This document shows positions 1 through 9,808 of a stretch of 64,000 bases of DNA, in pieces (the stretch's first letter is position 1; each line of letters opens with the position of its first letter). Made by a program: the position numbers and the translations under genes. The DNA is taken from positions 1 through 64,000 of IMG/VR virus record IMGVR_UViG_3300027782_004428; one strand, given 5' to 3'. The DNA is from a virus. The notes below the pieces were generated by a model. It was given only the letters and a program-made list of their open reading frames with translations, had not been told where the DNA came from and did no database searches.

Positions 1-1
1 A

Positions 2-136
2 GCAGATACAGAACATCCAGGGCAAGAAGGCTGGGTCATGGCCACCCCCGTGGGCTATGCAAAAGCGGTAAATAGATTTGATCCCAATGCATTTGCGGCT
101 CAAAATAGACAGAGAAATAATCCGCAACAGGCGTGA
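2..136 (+). CDS. 3' end of phage protein running in from the left edge (DUF6267-like C-terminus)
   Basis: Frame 2 reads ...GQEGWVMATPVGYAKAVNRFDPNAFAAQN..., stop TGA 134-136; EGxV..K.V.R..F...N pattern recalled from a phage family. Confidence 0.45.
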   Translation, partial: ADTEHPGQEGWVMATPVGYAKAVNRFDPNAFAAQNRQRNNPQQA

Positions 137-200
137 TTTTCCCAAACTGACTAAATAAAAGCAGAGACTAAATGTCTCACTAACTTAAAGGAAATTTATC

Positions 201-608
201 ATGGCAGTATTTACAAAAACAAACGGTACGACCCAACCGTCATTCGCACTGGACGTAGCAAACGGTTCCATCGCTGGCACAGCCAACGTAGCAGCTCAAG
301 GCCCAGTTCAGATCCAAGGTCCAAAACTTGACTTCTTCACTTTGACAGCTAACGCAGCGTTGACCAACGCTGGTAACGTTAACGGTTACTTGAACAATGT
401 GTTGACTTCGATCCAACAACTTGGTACAATCGCAATTTACCAAGCCGGTGCTACAGCTGGTACAATCAGCTTGGCTATCTATCCAAGCGGTGCGTACACC
501 ACAGCAACATTGGTTACAGCGGCTCAAACAGCCAACGCAACTGGTGGCTTGAACATTGGTATCCCAACTGCCAACGTGACCACCACAGCCAGCTTCACTA
601 GCCTGTAA
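201..608 (+). CDS. putative virion structural protein (Ala/Thr/Gly-rich)
   Basis: AAGGA RBS, TAAATA at 152-157, followed by terminator; composition typical of virion proteins. Confidence 0.55.
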   Translation: MAVFTKTNGTTQPSFALDVANGSIAGTANVAAQGPVQIQGPKLDFFTLTANAALTNAGNVNGYLNNVLTSIQQLGTIAIYQAGATAGTISLAIYPSGAYTTATLVTAAQTANATGGLNIGIPTANVTTTASFTSL

Positions 609-626
609 TCAGTTTAGACCCACAGC

Positions 627-660
627 AACCCTGGAAGTAAAAACTCCAGGGTTTCTTTTT
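627..660 (+). terminator. intrinsic terminator
   Basis: AACCCTGGA-loop-TCCAGGGTT followed by TCTTTTT. Confidence 0.8.
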
Positions 661-679
661 GGCATTAAATACTCACAGA

Positions 680-1111
680 ATGAAGATCATGTGCCGTACC
701 CTTTTTGATTGTAGCCTTACTGGTGTGACTGGACACTACAGATCAAGCGAGATTCCTTTTGTGGATCGTGCCGGACAAACCATACACAATCAACCCGCCT
801 GGAATCATTCGCGTAACCAACAACGCAATTGGGAAACACTCTTGCAAATTATAAGTTTGCGAACACAACCCATTGATCTCTCTGTACCTGTTAAAAAAGA
901 CTCAGTATGGGAGTTTGAATTTAGATCTGAATCGGAGGGTGTGTTTGAAATGCATGGCAATGCAGATCCCTTGGCCGGCCTCAAACAAGATTGTGAAGGG
1001 GTTCCAATGATGTTGAATCTTACCGAACAACCCAGCATGACTCCTACCATTGCCACATCAGGAGATAATCAAAACATTTGGTTCATTACGGTAAATAATG
1101 CATTGGAGTAA
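680..1111 (+). CDS. hypothetical phage protein
   Basis: ORF; ATG 680 lies 8 nt after TAAATA 666-671. Confidence 0.7.
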   Translation: MKIMCRTLFDCSLTGVTGHYRSSEIPFVDRAGQTIHNQPAWNHSRNQQRNWETLLQIISLRTQPIDLSVPVKKDSVWEFEFRSESEGVFEMHGNADPLAGLKQDCEGVPMMLNLTEQPSMTPTIATSGDNQNIWFITVNNALE

Positions 1112-1119
1112 CTATAACT

Positions 1120-1383
1120 ATGGTTGACACAACTGATATTGAAAAGAAAAGTCTTGAAGCACACGTTGAATTATGCGCAGAACGTTACCGAGCACTGGAA
1201 CTACAATTAGATTCCATGATTGTGTGCATTGATGAGATCAAAGCAGACGTCAAGGTAGTACATGGCATGGTGCATCAAATGAGCGAACAACGTAACAGTC
1301 AGCTGATCGGCTGGGGTATTGGTGTAATTGGATTTTTAACAGCCACAGTAGGCTGGTTACTTACTCACTACGTATTTAAATGA
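1120..1383 (+). CDS. small coiled-coil protein with C-terminal transmembrane helix
   Basis: GGAG RBS; hydrophobic LIGWGIGVIGFLTATVGWLL. Confidence 0.7.
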   Translation: MVDTTDIEKKSLEAHVELCAERYRALELQLDSMIVCIDEIKADVKVVHGMVHQMSEQRNSQLIGWGIGVIGFLTATVGWLLTHYVFK

Positions 1384-1865
1384 GCCAAGAACAAAAACTA
1401 GATGCCTGGGCCGAACGCGAGCTCAAACGCAATATCGATAGTATTATTATAGATGACGGCACTGGGTCTCTTGTGGTTTTTGGAAGATATCGTATACAGC
1501 CGCAGGGTACCAGATTTCAAGTCAGCACCTGGGACAAAACTATTCATTCGTTCAGCACAAAAAAAACAGCCATGAGTTGGTGTACAACAGATCATCAACA
1601 ACAGTACAATCTATCCAATCAGATATTGGTACTAGATCGTAAAAAACAGTCATTAGCGGCGGACATATACTGCCGACAAATTGCTGGCGAGCGCGGTAAA
1701 ACAGAATCATTTTATGAAATCATAAACATGAAACTGCAACCCAAAATAGACCAATATAACTCAGTCACAGCCGAACTAGAGAAATGTGTAAATCAGGCTA
1801 AATATATGCAAATTAAGGGATTTAATAATGAAACTGCAAGAACTATCGGCTCCAACGCCAAGTAA
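1380..1865 (+). CDS. hypothetical phage protein
   Basis: ORF coupled (ATGA overlap) to upstream gene. Confidence 0.7.
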   Translation: MSQEQKLDAWAERELKRNIDSIIIDDGTGSLVVFGRYRIQPQGTRFQVSTWDKTIHSFSTKKTAMSWCTTDHQQQYNLSNQILVLDRKKQSLAADIYCRQIAGERGKTESFYEIINMKLQPKIDQYNSVTAELEKCVNQAKYMQIKGFNNETARTIGSNAK

Positions 1866-2760
1866 GCAAATTGCCAAAGTATTCGAAAGTTACTTTGGTA
1901 GCCGCATTCGCTTTGACCAATTAACACGTGGTCAAACTCAATCAATGCTGGGTAAAGTACGTGGTATCTTGGGCGAGCATCGCAAAACTGCGCAACGTCA
2001 TAACAGTGAGCAAGATCCACGTTATCTGCAATTGGTAATGATGGAACAGGCACTGTCTAGTCGCTTGCAAGAAAATGTCATTCCTCCTGCACCTGGTACT
2101 GCACCTGCAACTCCACAAGCCGCTGTGGCAGGTGGTACGCCTGCTGTGGCTGGAGCAGTGGCTAAAGATCCTAAATTGGCTGCTGCACTTAAAAAGAGTT
2201 CAGCTGGTCAAACATTAAATCCTGAAGAACAAAAGCTAGTGGCCGGCGCCGCAATGATGCAAGCCGAAAGCCGCTTCCGTAGAATGGCACGCCGACTGAA
2301 CGAAAGCGAAATTCAACAAGCACAAGTTGTGTTGGCCGCTCAAGACATGGTTGACAAAATGCAAAGCATGTTGGAAGATGTGAGTGAATTGCAGTTCAAA
2401 GAATTGCCAGCTCTGGTTGACTCAATCAAGAATCAAGTTGGTGTTGATCAAGCCGCACAATTCAATGCAGATTCCACAGCCGCTCTCACAGGCTTGCTAC
2501 AAAACATTCAAGGTGCCAAGCAACAACTTGACGCCGCATTAAATGTAGTAACTGGCGCCGCTCCTGCTGGCGCCGCAGCCGCTGGCGCTATGGGTGCTGA
2601 CATCGCCGCAGGCGCAGGCGACATGGCTGCAGCTGGTGCTGACATGGCCGCCGCAGACAACATGGGTGCCGAGATGGGCGCTGATGCAGAATTAGATGCC
2701 GCAGCCGCTGACGCTGGTGCTGAACCTCCTGCCGCCGCGCTGGGCCGCGCCAAGAGATAA
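1828..2760 (+). CDS. putative head scaffold or internal protein
   Basis: MKLQEL N-terminus, several LxE motifs, coiled coil, acidic Ala-rich tail; TAAATA 1799-1804. Confidence 0.5.
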   Translation: MKLQELSAPTPSKQIAKVFESYFGSRIRFDQLTRGQTQSMLGKVRGILGEHRKTAQRHNSEQDPRYLQLVMMEQALSSRLQENVIPPAPGTAPATPQAAVAGGTPAVAGAVAKDPKLAAALKKSSAGQTLNPEEQKLVAGAAMMQAESRFRRMARRLNESEIQQAQVVLAAQDMVDKMQSMLEDVSELQFKELPALVDSIKNQVGVDQAAQFNADSTAALTGLLQNIQGAKQQLDAALNVVTGAAPAGAAAAGAMGADIAAGAGDMAAAGADMAAADNMGAEMGADAELDAAAADAGAEPPAAALGRAKR

Positions 2761-3122
2761 TGAAAATATTTGAAGTTGACAGTAGCATGGGAATGGCGCC
2801 TTTGCCCAACCCAGCGCAACTGTCGGGGCTGGTGCAGTTTCTTAATGGGCGTGCAAACGATACCAATGCTCGAAAAGAAATTAGTCAAGATGCATTTATC
2901 AAATTGGCTAACGATCTGGATATCAACGTTACTCCACAAAATATAGTGGATGTTGTGAGTCAAGAGCCACTCAGCAACTTGTTGGAACCAATGGATCCAA
3001 ACACAGGTGTGTTGATGTTCAAAGGTGCAGGACAACCCAATGTTGCCATGCCAGTAAACAAGGCTCAAGACATTGTGGCAAGTGCTGCCAAATCAGCCAT
3101 GAACAAAGACCGCGGCGTCTAA
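2760..3122 (+). CDS. hypothetical phage protein (MKIFEV N-terminus)
   Basis: ORF coupled by TAATG overlap. Confidence 0.7.
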   Translation: MKIFEVDSSMGMAPLPNPAQLSGLVQFLNGRANDTNARKEISQDAFIKLANDLDINVTPQNIVDVVSQEPLSNLLEPMDPNTGVLMFKGAGQPNVAMPVNKAQDIVASAAKSAMNKDRGV

Positions 3123-3131
3123 CCAGAACCA

Positions 3132-3172
3132 GTCAACTAAAGGTTGACCAAAAACGTTAAATATAGTATACT
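3132..3172 (+). promoter_or_regulatory. sigma70 promoter overlapping an ECF-like GTCAAC-N17-CGTT element
   Basis: TTGACC 3144-3149, 17 nt, TATACT 3167-3172; GTCAAC 3132-3137 and CGTT 3155-3158. Confidence 0.65.
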
Positions 3173-3190
3173 AAACTGTAGGAGGCGTAT

Positions 3191-3505
3191 ATGAAAAAAC
3201 TCATTGCATCGATTTTGATCACCCTAAGTGCCACAGCAATGGCTCAACCGGGTTTTAGGCATCACCACCACCATCATGGGTATTACTCAGGACCCAATTA
3301 CAGTTGGATAGCCCCTACCATTATTGGTGGCGTGATTGGTTATGAGATTGCACGTAACCAACCTCCTGTAGTGGTGCAACAACCTGTCATAGTGCAACAG
3401 GTTCCGGCCACAGTTTATTATGGACAAAGTCAACAATGTACTGCGTGGACAGAAGTCCAAAATTACGATGGCACAATTACTAGAACAAGGACTTGCTCAC
3501 AATGA
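3191..3505 (+). CDS. small secreted His/Pro/Val-rich protein
   Basis: GGAGG RBS; signal peptide MKKLIASILITLSATAMA; His6 run. Confidence 0.75.
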   Translation: MKKLIASILITLSATAMAQPGFRHHHHHHGYYSGPNYSWIAPTIIGGVIGYEIARNQPPVVVQQPVIVQQVPATVYYGQSQQCTAWTEVQNYDGTITRTRTCSQ

Positions 3506-3633
3506 AACTAAGTAAACTAAGACACAAATTATATAGTGCTATCTTCAAACACGATAACACAAAAGAAAAACGAATTTGGTTCAAGATCCTTAAAAAATCT
3601 ACCAAACACAAACATACTGAGGACATACGATAA
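3502..3633 (+). CDS. small basic hypothetical protein (43 aa, not in ORF track)
   Basis: MKLSKLRHKLYSAIFKH...EDIR; overlaps stop of the upstream gene and start of iscU. Confidence 0.55.
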   Translation: MKLSKLRHKLYSAIFKHDNTKEKRIWFKILKKSTKHKHTEDIR

Positions 3634-4019
3634 TGGCTTATTCAGAAAAAGTTGTTGATCACTACGAGAATCCACGTAACGTGGGTAAATTTGAAATTGA
3701 CGACACTGTTGGCACCGGCATGGTTGGTGCACCTGCTTGCGGTGACGTAATGAAGTTGCAGATAAAAGTAGATGAACATGGTATTATTAAAGATGCTCGT
3801 TTCAAAACATACGGATGCGGTTCGGCCATTGCCTCAAGCTCACTCATCACAGAGTTGGTCAAAGGCATGACTTTAGATCAAGCAGGCGCAATTAAAAACA
3901 GCGACATCGCCGAAGAACTGGCTTTACCACCTGTGAAAATACATTGCTCCATTCTTGCAGAAGACGCCATCAAAGCCGCAGTAGCAGATTATCGCAAAAA
4001 GCATGATATCGTTCAGTGA
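3633..4019 (+). CDS. iscU: Fe-S cluster scaffold IscU
   Basis: YSEKVVDHYENPRNVG, GAPACGD, GCGSAIAS, LPPVKIHC. Confidence 0.97.
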   Translation: MAYSEKVVDHYENPRNVGKFEIDDTVGTGMVGAPACGDVMKLQIKVDEHGIIKDARFKTYGCGSAIASSSLITELVKGMTLDQAGAIKNSDIAEELALPPVKIHCSILAEDAIKAAVADYRKKHDIVQ

Positions 4020-4326
4020 TACTGCCAGAAACAAAATACAAAAGCTAGTCACAGCCAAAAACTATGCTGGTATTCGCCTTGGGGTCAAGACCACAGGTTG
4101 CTCCGGGCTTGCTTATGTGTTAGAGTATGTCAAGGAATACACATCAGAACAGTATGTTATCAATTATGCACAGCCAGAGTTTGTTGTGCTAGTAAATCAA
4201 AAAGACAATGTGTATCTTCAAAACATGACAGTGGACTATGTGCGCCAGGGCCTTAACGAAGGCTTTGAATTCTCAAATCCTAATGAACGTGACCGTTGTG
4301 GATGCGGAGAAAGTTTTCGAATATAG
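4003..4326 (+). CDS. iscA: Fe-S cluster A-type carrier IscA
   Basis: TGCSG and CGCGESF motifs. Confidence 0.95.
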   Translation: MISFSDTARNKIQKLVTAKNYAGIRLGVKTTGCSGLAYVLEYVKEYTSEQYVINYAQPEFVVLVNQKDNVYLQNMTVDYVRQGLNEGFEFSNPNERDRCGCGESFRI

Positions 4327-4375
4327 TTGACAACTGGACTATAATTGTCTATAATAGACTATAATTATGTATAAT
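4327..4375 (+). promoter_or_regulatory. consensus sigma70 promoter within an array of four TATAAT hexamers
   Basis: TTGACA 4327-4332, 17 nt, TATAAT 4350; further TATAAT at 4340, 4360, 4370. Confidence 0.8.
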
Positions 4376-5083
4376 CCAAAATTTGACTACCAGCCAATTC
4401 CCAGAGTTACAATAGAAGGCAAGCGTTACTACGCCACCCCGGACGGGCAAAATCTACCAAGTGTAACCACTATCCTTGACCGTACCAAAAGCGAAGCCAG
4501 CAAAGCGGCCCTGCACAACTGGCGTCGAGCAGTAGGCGAAGCCAAAGCACAACAAATCACAACCGAAGCAGCCAATCGTGGCACACGCATGCACACGTAC
4601 CTGGAACGTTATATCAAAGAAGGTGCTGTTCCACCGCGTGGATCTAATCCTTTCTCTTGGCCCAGTCATGTGATGGCAGAAACTGTGATCAAGGACGGAC
4701 TCAAAAACGTCAATGAATTTTGGGGTATTGAAGTTCCATTGTACTTCCCCGGGGTGTACGCAGGCACAACAGACGGCGCAGGCATGCACCTAAATGAAGA
4801 ATCTATCCTGGATTACAAACAAACCAACAAACCCAAAAAGCGCGAGTGGGTCGACGACTACTTTGTGCAACTGTGTGCCTACGCAGAAGCACACAATGAA
4901 TTACATGGTACACGAATACGCAAGGGTGTGATTTTGATGTGTGTCAAACCTGACTTGGATGAGCAACACAACATCATTGGCAAGCCACAATATCAGGAAT
5001 TTGTGCTGGAAGGCGCAGAATTTGAGAAATACCGCACCCTATGGTGGAAAAAGGTCGAACAGTACTACATGCTAAATATGTGA
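4367..5083 (+). CDS. PD-(D/E)XK family exonuclease
   Basis: PSVTTIL, RGTRMH, AGTTD, ILDYK, QLCAYA motifs. Confidence 0.85.
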   Translation: MYNPKFDYQPIPRVTIEGKRYYATPDGQNLPSVTTILDRTKSEASKAALHNWRRAVGEAKAQQITTEAANRGTRMHTYLERYIKEGAVPPRGSNPFSWPSHVMAETVIKDGLKNVNEFWGIEVPLYFPGVYAGTTDGAGMHLNEESILDYKQTNKPKKREWVDDYFVQLCAYAEAHNELHGTRIRKGVILMCVKPDLDEQHNIIGKPQYQEFVLEGAEFEKYRTLWWKKVEQYYMLNM

Positions 5084-5102
5084 TATCCAAAGGACGATCA
5101 CT

Positions 5103-6869
5103 GTGGCAATTGTACAAATATCACGAATCACACAACGCAAGGGTTTATTCAACGATTTACCCGATCCATTAGCAGGCGCTGAACTAGGCTGGGCAACTGA
5201 TACTCGCCAACTTTTTATCGGGAACGGTACACTGGCCGAAGGTGCTCCTATTATTGGTAATACAGAAGTTCTTACTGAATTTTCTGACATCTTGAACTAT
5301 GCCACAGAATACACTTATAAAGGTGATGCGGCTGGCTACACTGTACAAACTGGTGCCACAGCAGGCACACCGGTCAGTCAAAGTCTACAACGCAGACTGG
5401 ACAGTTATGCTGTAATTACAGATTTTGGTGCCACTGGAGATGGTATTACAGATGTCACGGCTGACATCAACCGTGCATTAGATCAAATTTTTTGTCAAGA
5501 CATCAACCCCTTGATCCGCCGAAGCATTTTCTTCCCAGCCGGCACATACATTATCACAGACACATTGTTGATTCCGCCTTACTGTAAACTCTACGGTGAA
5601 GGATCAGACAGTACAATTATCAGTTTCAATGTTCAAACCTGGACCAGTACCATTGGCTATGCCTCGGGGGTGTTGGTAGTGGATGGCGGTGTATACTACA
5701 GAAGCATTGCTATAGTGCCAATTGGTATTGCTATTAGTGATGCCACTTATTGGGGAGTTGAAACACTGCCTGATTACATGTTTAGAACCACAGACAGTCT
5801 TCAACAGACTGGTGCAAACATTGGCACCGGCGGTGCATTGGCACCGGGTCATGTGGAAATATCCAGCATGAAGTTTGCGACCAATGTACCCACCAGCGGA
5901 GCCCTAGTACAGGGTGCAGTAGACTGTGTGTTTGACTGTGTGGCATTTGAAGGCAACGGAACGGCTGCCACACTCACCACAGCCACACTTGCCACAGCCG
6001 GTGTGAGTTTTGCCAATCAAGGCAGTTATGTTTGTACCAATATTGTCTGGAACAATTGTGTGTTTACCAAGATGGCCTGGGGAGTGAACACAGACGAAGC
6101 AGTGGAAGGAGTCACTGTCAGCAACTGTAGATTTGATACCTTGTTCCAAGGTGTGTATCTTGGCATAATCTCTCCTCCGGTAAATTATGTTGGTCCTACT
6201 GGTGTACGTATAACACAAAACATGTTTGATAATATCTATGGCGAAGGCATCACCATTGTGAATTGTAGTCTCAATGCCACGGCCTACAACACGTTCTACG
6301 AGGTTGGAAACAGTTTTAATGGCCAGACCAATCCGGTGACACCTGTAATTGATCTAGATGCAACCAACAATGTCAGCGTTGGGGATATGTTTGAACGCAA
6401 AACATCACAATCATCAGACTTGCATCCTCGCATTGCACTGAATAACAAAAACAATATTGCCCTTGGCATGAACGTGAACAATATTGAATTATATCAAAGT
6501 AATGCGATAAGTCTAACCTTGGCCAATCAGTTGAGTGTGGGCACATACAATCGCATTGCCGGCATACAAGATGTTGTGGCCAACAATGCCACAGCCAACT
6601 TGGCCTATGTGAATGGCACCTACATCAGTAGTTTGCGAATGGACTACACCATAGTCCGTGCAGATCTTCGCCGCACTGGTCAAATGGTAGTTGTAAAAGG
6701 CCAGGCCGCAACTGGAACAGGATTTGCCTTTACAGATGACTTTGTGGAGAACGGTGCGACTGGTGTAACACTAGCTGCCGCGGCTGATGGTGCCAATGTG
6801 AGAATAACATATACTTCAACCAACACAGTGTCGGGCACAATCAACTACTCTATTACCAATCTCGGTTGA
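5103..6869 (+). CDS. tail/baseplate protein with pectate-lyase-like beta-helix
   Basis: GTG start; ELGWATDTRQLFIGNG N-terminal module; DFGATGDGITD...FFPAGTY beta-helix entry motif. Confidence 0.75.
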   Translation: MAIVQISRITQRKGLFNDLPDPLAGAELGWATDTRQLFIGNGTLAEGAPIIGNTEVLTEFSDILNYATEYTYKGDAAGYTVQTGATAGTPVSQSLQRRLDSYAVITDFGATGDGITDVTADINRALDQIFCQDINPLIRRSIFFPAGTYIITDTLLIPPYCKLYGEGSDSTIISFNVQTWTSTIGYASGVLVVDGGVYYRSIAIVPIGIAISDATYWGVETLPDYMFRTTDSLQQTGANIGTGGALAPGHVEISSMKFATNVPTSGALVQGAVDCVFDCVAFEGNGTAATLTTATLATAGVSFANQGSYVCTNIVWNNCVFTKMAWGVNTDEAVEGVTVSNCRFDTLFQGVYLGIISPPVNYVGPTGVRITQNMFDNIYGEGITIVNCSLNATAYNTFYEVGNSFNGQTNPVTPVIDLDATNNVSVGDMFERKTSQSSDLHPRIALNNKNNIALGMNVNNIELYQSNAISLTLANQLSVGTYNRIAGIQDVVANNATANLAYVNGTYISSLRMDYTIVRADLRRTGQMVVVKGQAATGTGFAFTDDFVENGATGVTLAAAADGANVRITYTSTNTVSGTINYSITNLG

Positions 6870-7294
6870 TGTGGCCTAAAACTTTTGCCGAAAGGCTTGA
6901 GAGTTGGACTCAACTCCGTAAACACACCTCCACCGCCGACGAGGAAACAGCACTCCGTGCCATCAACTCATGGTGGTTTCAAACTCCTTGGAGAGCATAC
7001 CATTTGCACTGGGACGACCGAGCCGTTTGGCCCGATCCCTGGCAATTATTGAGCGATGATCTCTATTGTCCTCTTGCTCGCGGACTAGGAATCCTGTATA
7101 CTATAACTATGCTAGATCGACCAGATCTGCAGGATGCAGTGTTAACAGAGATAGATAGCGACAATTTAGTCCTAGTGAACAAAAAGAAATATATACTGAA
7201 TTGGGATCCAGAGCAGATGTTAAATATCACTCTAGGACGTTCCAAACCCCACCACAGCATTACGCAAGAGCAAATAAAACAACAAATCGGATAA
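6869..7294 (+). CDS. hypothetical protein, possible transglutaminase-like fold
   Basis: WPDPWQLL...YC pattern; coupled to tail gene. Confidence 0.55.
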   Translation: MWPKTFAERLESWTQLRKHTSTADEETALRAINSWWFQTPWRAYHLHWDDRAVWPDPWQLLSDDLYCPLARGLGILYTITMLDRPDLQDAVLTEIDSDNLVLVNKKKYILNWDPEQMLNITLGRSKPHHSITQEQIKQQIG

Positions 7295-7296
7295 CA

Positions 7297-9615
7297 ATGA
7301 AGCAAATTATAGTACAAAAACGCAGTGGACGTCGCGAGCCACTAGCGTTAGAAAAATGGCAAGCACAAATAGCCAAGATTTGTGCAGGCACAGCAGATGT
7401 AAGCCAGAGCATGATAGAGATCAAAGCCCAGTTACACTTTTACGATGGTATCACAACTCACGAAATTGACGGTATTACTTTAAGAGCCATTGTAGATTTA
7501 ATCGACGTTGAATCAAATCCTGACGTTGGTCACACCAACTACCAGTACGTGGCAGGTAAACAACGACTATCAATGTTGCGTAAAGACGTATACGGTTCAT
7601 ACGATCCTCCTCACCTGTTGGAGATTGTAAAGCGGAATGTGGCCACTGGCTTGTACACGCCTGAACTCCTGGAATGGTACTCGGAAGAAGACTGGAATCG
7701 GATGGAAGACATGATTGATCATGTGAAAGACGAACAGTATTCATATGCGGCAGTGGAACAACTGATTGAAAAATATCTTGTGCGTAACCGTTCAACAAAA
7801 GAGATTTATGAAACGCCACAAGTGCGTTACATGATTGCGGCTGCCACGGTGTTCCATAAAGAAGAACCCAATTTACACCGTATGCGTTACATAAAGGAAT
7901 ACTACAATGCTGCAAGTGATGGATTATTTACCCTTGCTACTCCCGTCCTTGCTGGTCTCGGTACCCCTACTAAGCAATTCAGTTCGTGCGTACTCATTCG
8001 CAGTGATGATGACTTGGATAGTATTTTTGCTAGTGGTGAAATGATGGCCAAGTATGCCAGCAAACGTGCTGGCATTGGTTTGGAGATTGGACGCCTGCGT
8101 CCCTTGGGCTCGCCCATACGTGGCGGCGAAATCATGCACACCGGCATGATACCATTTTTAAAGAAATGGTTTGGCGACTTACGCTCATGCTCACAAGGAG
8201 GTATCCGCAATGCAAGTGCTACAGTATTTTATCCTATTTGGCATCTTCAGTTTGATGATCTTATTGTACTTAAAAACAATCAAGGAACCGAAGAAACCCG
8301 AGTCCGTCATATGGATTATGGGGTTGTGCTTAGTGCTTTCTTCTGGAGACGATTTAAAAACAAAGAAAACATAACATTCTTTGATCCCAACGAAGTACCC
8401 GAACTGTACGAAGCGTTCTATGCCAATACTGAACGTTTTGAAAAACTCTATACAGAATACGAAAAGCGTAAAGACCTGCGTACCAAGACAATGAGTGCGG
8501 AAGAAGTGTTCAAGTCAGGCATACTCAAAGAGCGCACTGATACAGGTCGTATCTATTTGGTGTTCATTGACAATGTCATGAACCAAGGCCCGTTTGACAC
8601 TGAATATCATACCATTTACCAGAGTAACCTTTGCTGTGAAATCCTATTACCAACTAAACCGTTTAAGCGCCTGGATGATGATGCAGGGCGAATCGCGCTG
8701 TGTACGCTGGGAAGTATTAACTGGGGTGCATTCCGGAATCCTGAAGACATGCGCCGAGCTTGTAGAATTCTGCAGAGATCCTTGTGTAATATCCTTGACT
8801 ACCAAGACTTCCTGTCAATCCAGAGTCAGTTATCAAATGACGAAATTCAGCCGCTTGGTATCGGTATTACTAACTTGGCTTACTGGCATGCCAAGCGAGG
8901 ACTCCAATATGGTAACAAGGACTCTTTGGCCGAAGTCAAGTCGTGGATGGAACATCAGGCTTTCTACCTTACCGAAGCAACAGTTGAACTTGCTAAGGAG
9001 CGGGGCCGTTGCAAAGATAGTGACCGCACATACTACGGTCGTGGTATATTTCCCTGGGAGAGACGTGCCAAGGGCGTAAATGAACTCGCAGACTTCACTC
9101 CTGAACTGAACTGGGAAAGCCTACGTGCTGACATGCGGGCATACGGTGTGCGTAACGCTACACTAATGGCCATTGCTCCAGTGGAGTCAAGCTCAGTTGT
9201 AATTAACTCTACCAATGGTATTGAAATGCCAATGAGTCTAATCTCAGTGAAAGAATCCAAAGCAGGATCATTAACACAAGTAGTTCCAGAGTATCACAAG
9301 TTAAAAAACAAATATCAAATGATGTGGGCGCAGAAAGACTGTGACGGCTATTTAAAAACAGCGGCTGTGTTAGCGGCCTATGTTGATCAGTCTATCTCAA
9401 CAAACACATTCTATAACCCAGCACACTTTGCAGACCGCAAAGTGCCCACAACATTGATTGCCCGGAACTTGATGCAGGCCCACTACTGGGGGTTGAAAAC
9501 ATTCTACTACAGCCTGATCAACAAAGCAGGATCAAAACAAACTGCCGAAGAAGTAGCACCACTTGAGGCCATTGACTTTGATCTTGAGGAAGATTGCGAG
9601 GCCTGCAAGTTATGA
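7297..9615 (+). CDS. nrdA: class Ia ribonucleotide reductase alpha subunit with ATP cone
   Basis: VQKRSG cone, QFSSC, SNLCCEI, LKTFYY, C-terminal CEAC; start at ATG 7297. Confidence 0.97.
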   Translation: MKQIIVQKRSGRREPLALEKWQAQIAKICAGTADVSQSMIEIKAQLHFYDGITTHEIDGITLRAIVDLIDVESNPDVGHTNYQYVAGKQRLSMLRKDVYGSYDPPHLLEIVKRNVATGLYTPELLEWYSEEDWNRMEDMIDHVKDEQYSYAAVEQLIEKYLVRNRSTKEIYETPQVRYMIAAATVFHKEEPNLHRMRYIKEYYNAASDGLFTLATPVLAGLGTPTKQFSSCVLIRSDDDLDSIFASGEMMAKYASKRAGIGLEIGRLRPLGSPIRGGEIMHTGMIPFLKKWFGDLRSCSQGGIRNASATVFYPIWHLQFDDLIVLKNNQGTEETRVRHMDYGVVLSAFFWRRFKNKENITFFDPNEVPELYEAFYANTERFEKLYTEYEKRKDLRTKTMSAEEVFKSGILKERTDTGRIYLVFIDNVMNQGPFDTEYHTIYQSNLCCEILLPTKPFKRLDDDAGRIALCTLGSINWGAFRNPEDMRRACRILQRSLCNILDYQDFLSIQSQLSNDEIQPLGIGITNLAYWHAKRGLQYGNKDSLAEVKSWMEHQAFYLTEATVELAKERGRCKDSDRTYYGRGIFPWERRAKGVNELADFTPELNWESLRADMRAYGVRNATLMAIAPVESSSVVINSTNGIEMPMSLISVKESKAGSLTQVVPEYHKLKNKYQMMWAQKDCDGYLKTAAVLAAYVDQSISTNTFYNPAHFADRKVPTTLIARNLMQAHYWGLKTFYYSLINKAGSKQTAEEVAPLEAIDFDLEEDCEACKL

Positions 9616-9803
9616 ACAGCATAGAAAAAGTCTGGGCACGAGCCACAGGCCACCTGATGGGCGAGTCAGATCATGATCGTCCGAATGTGCCTATATTGAC
9701 TCTTCGAGAAGCCCGATTGGCCTTGTTCTTCAAGACCTTTTGGGTTGTGATACATGTTGTGACCTGTGGGTTCATCATAGCCAACACAATTAGACATTGG
9801 TAA
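9612..9803 (+). CDS. small membrane protein between nrdA and nrdB
   Basis: ATGA overlap with nrdA; hydrophobic C-terminal half. Confidence 0.6.
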   Translation: MNSIEKVWARATGHLMGESDHDRPNVPILTLREARLALFFKTFWVVIHVVTCGFIIANTIRHW

Positions 9804-9808
9804 AAATT

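Noticed and set aside
2550-2745. GC-rich quasi-repeats (GCAGGC/GACATGGC)
   Set aside because: Explained by the Ala/Gly/Asp/Met low-complexity protein tail.
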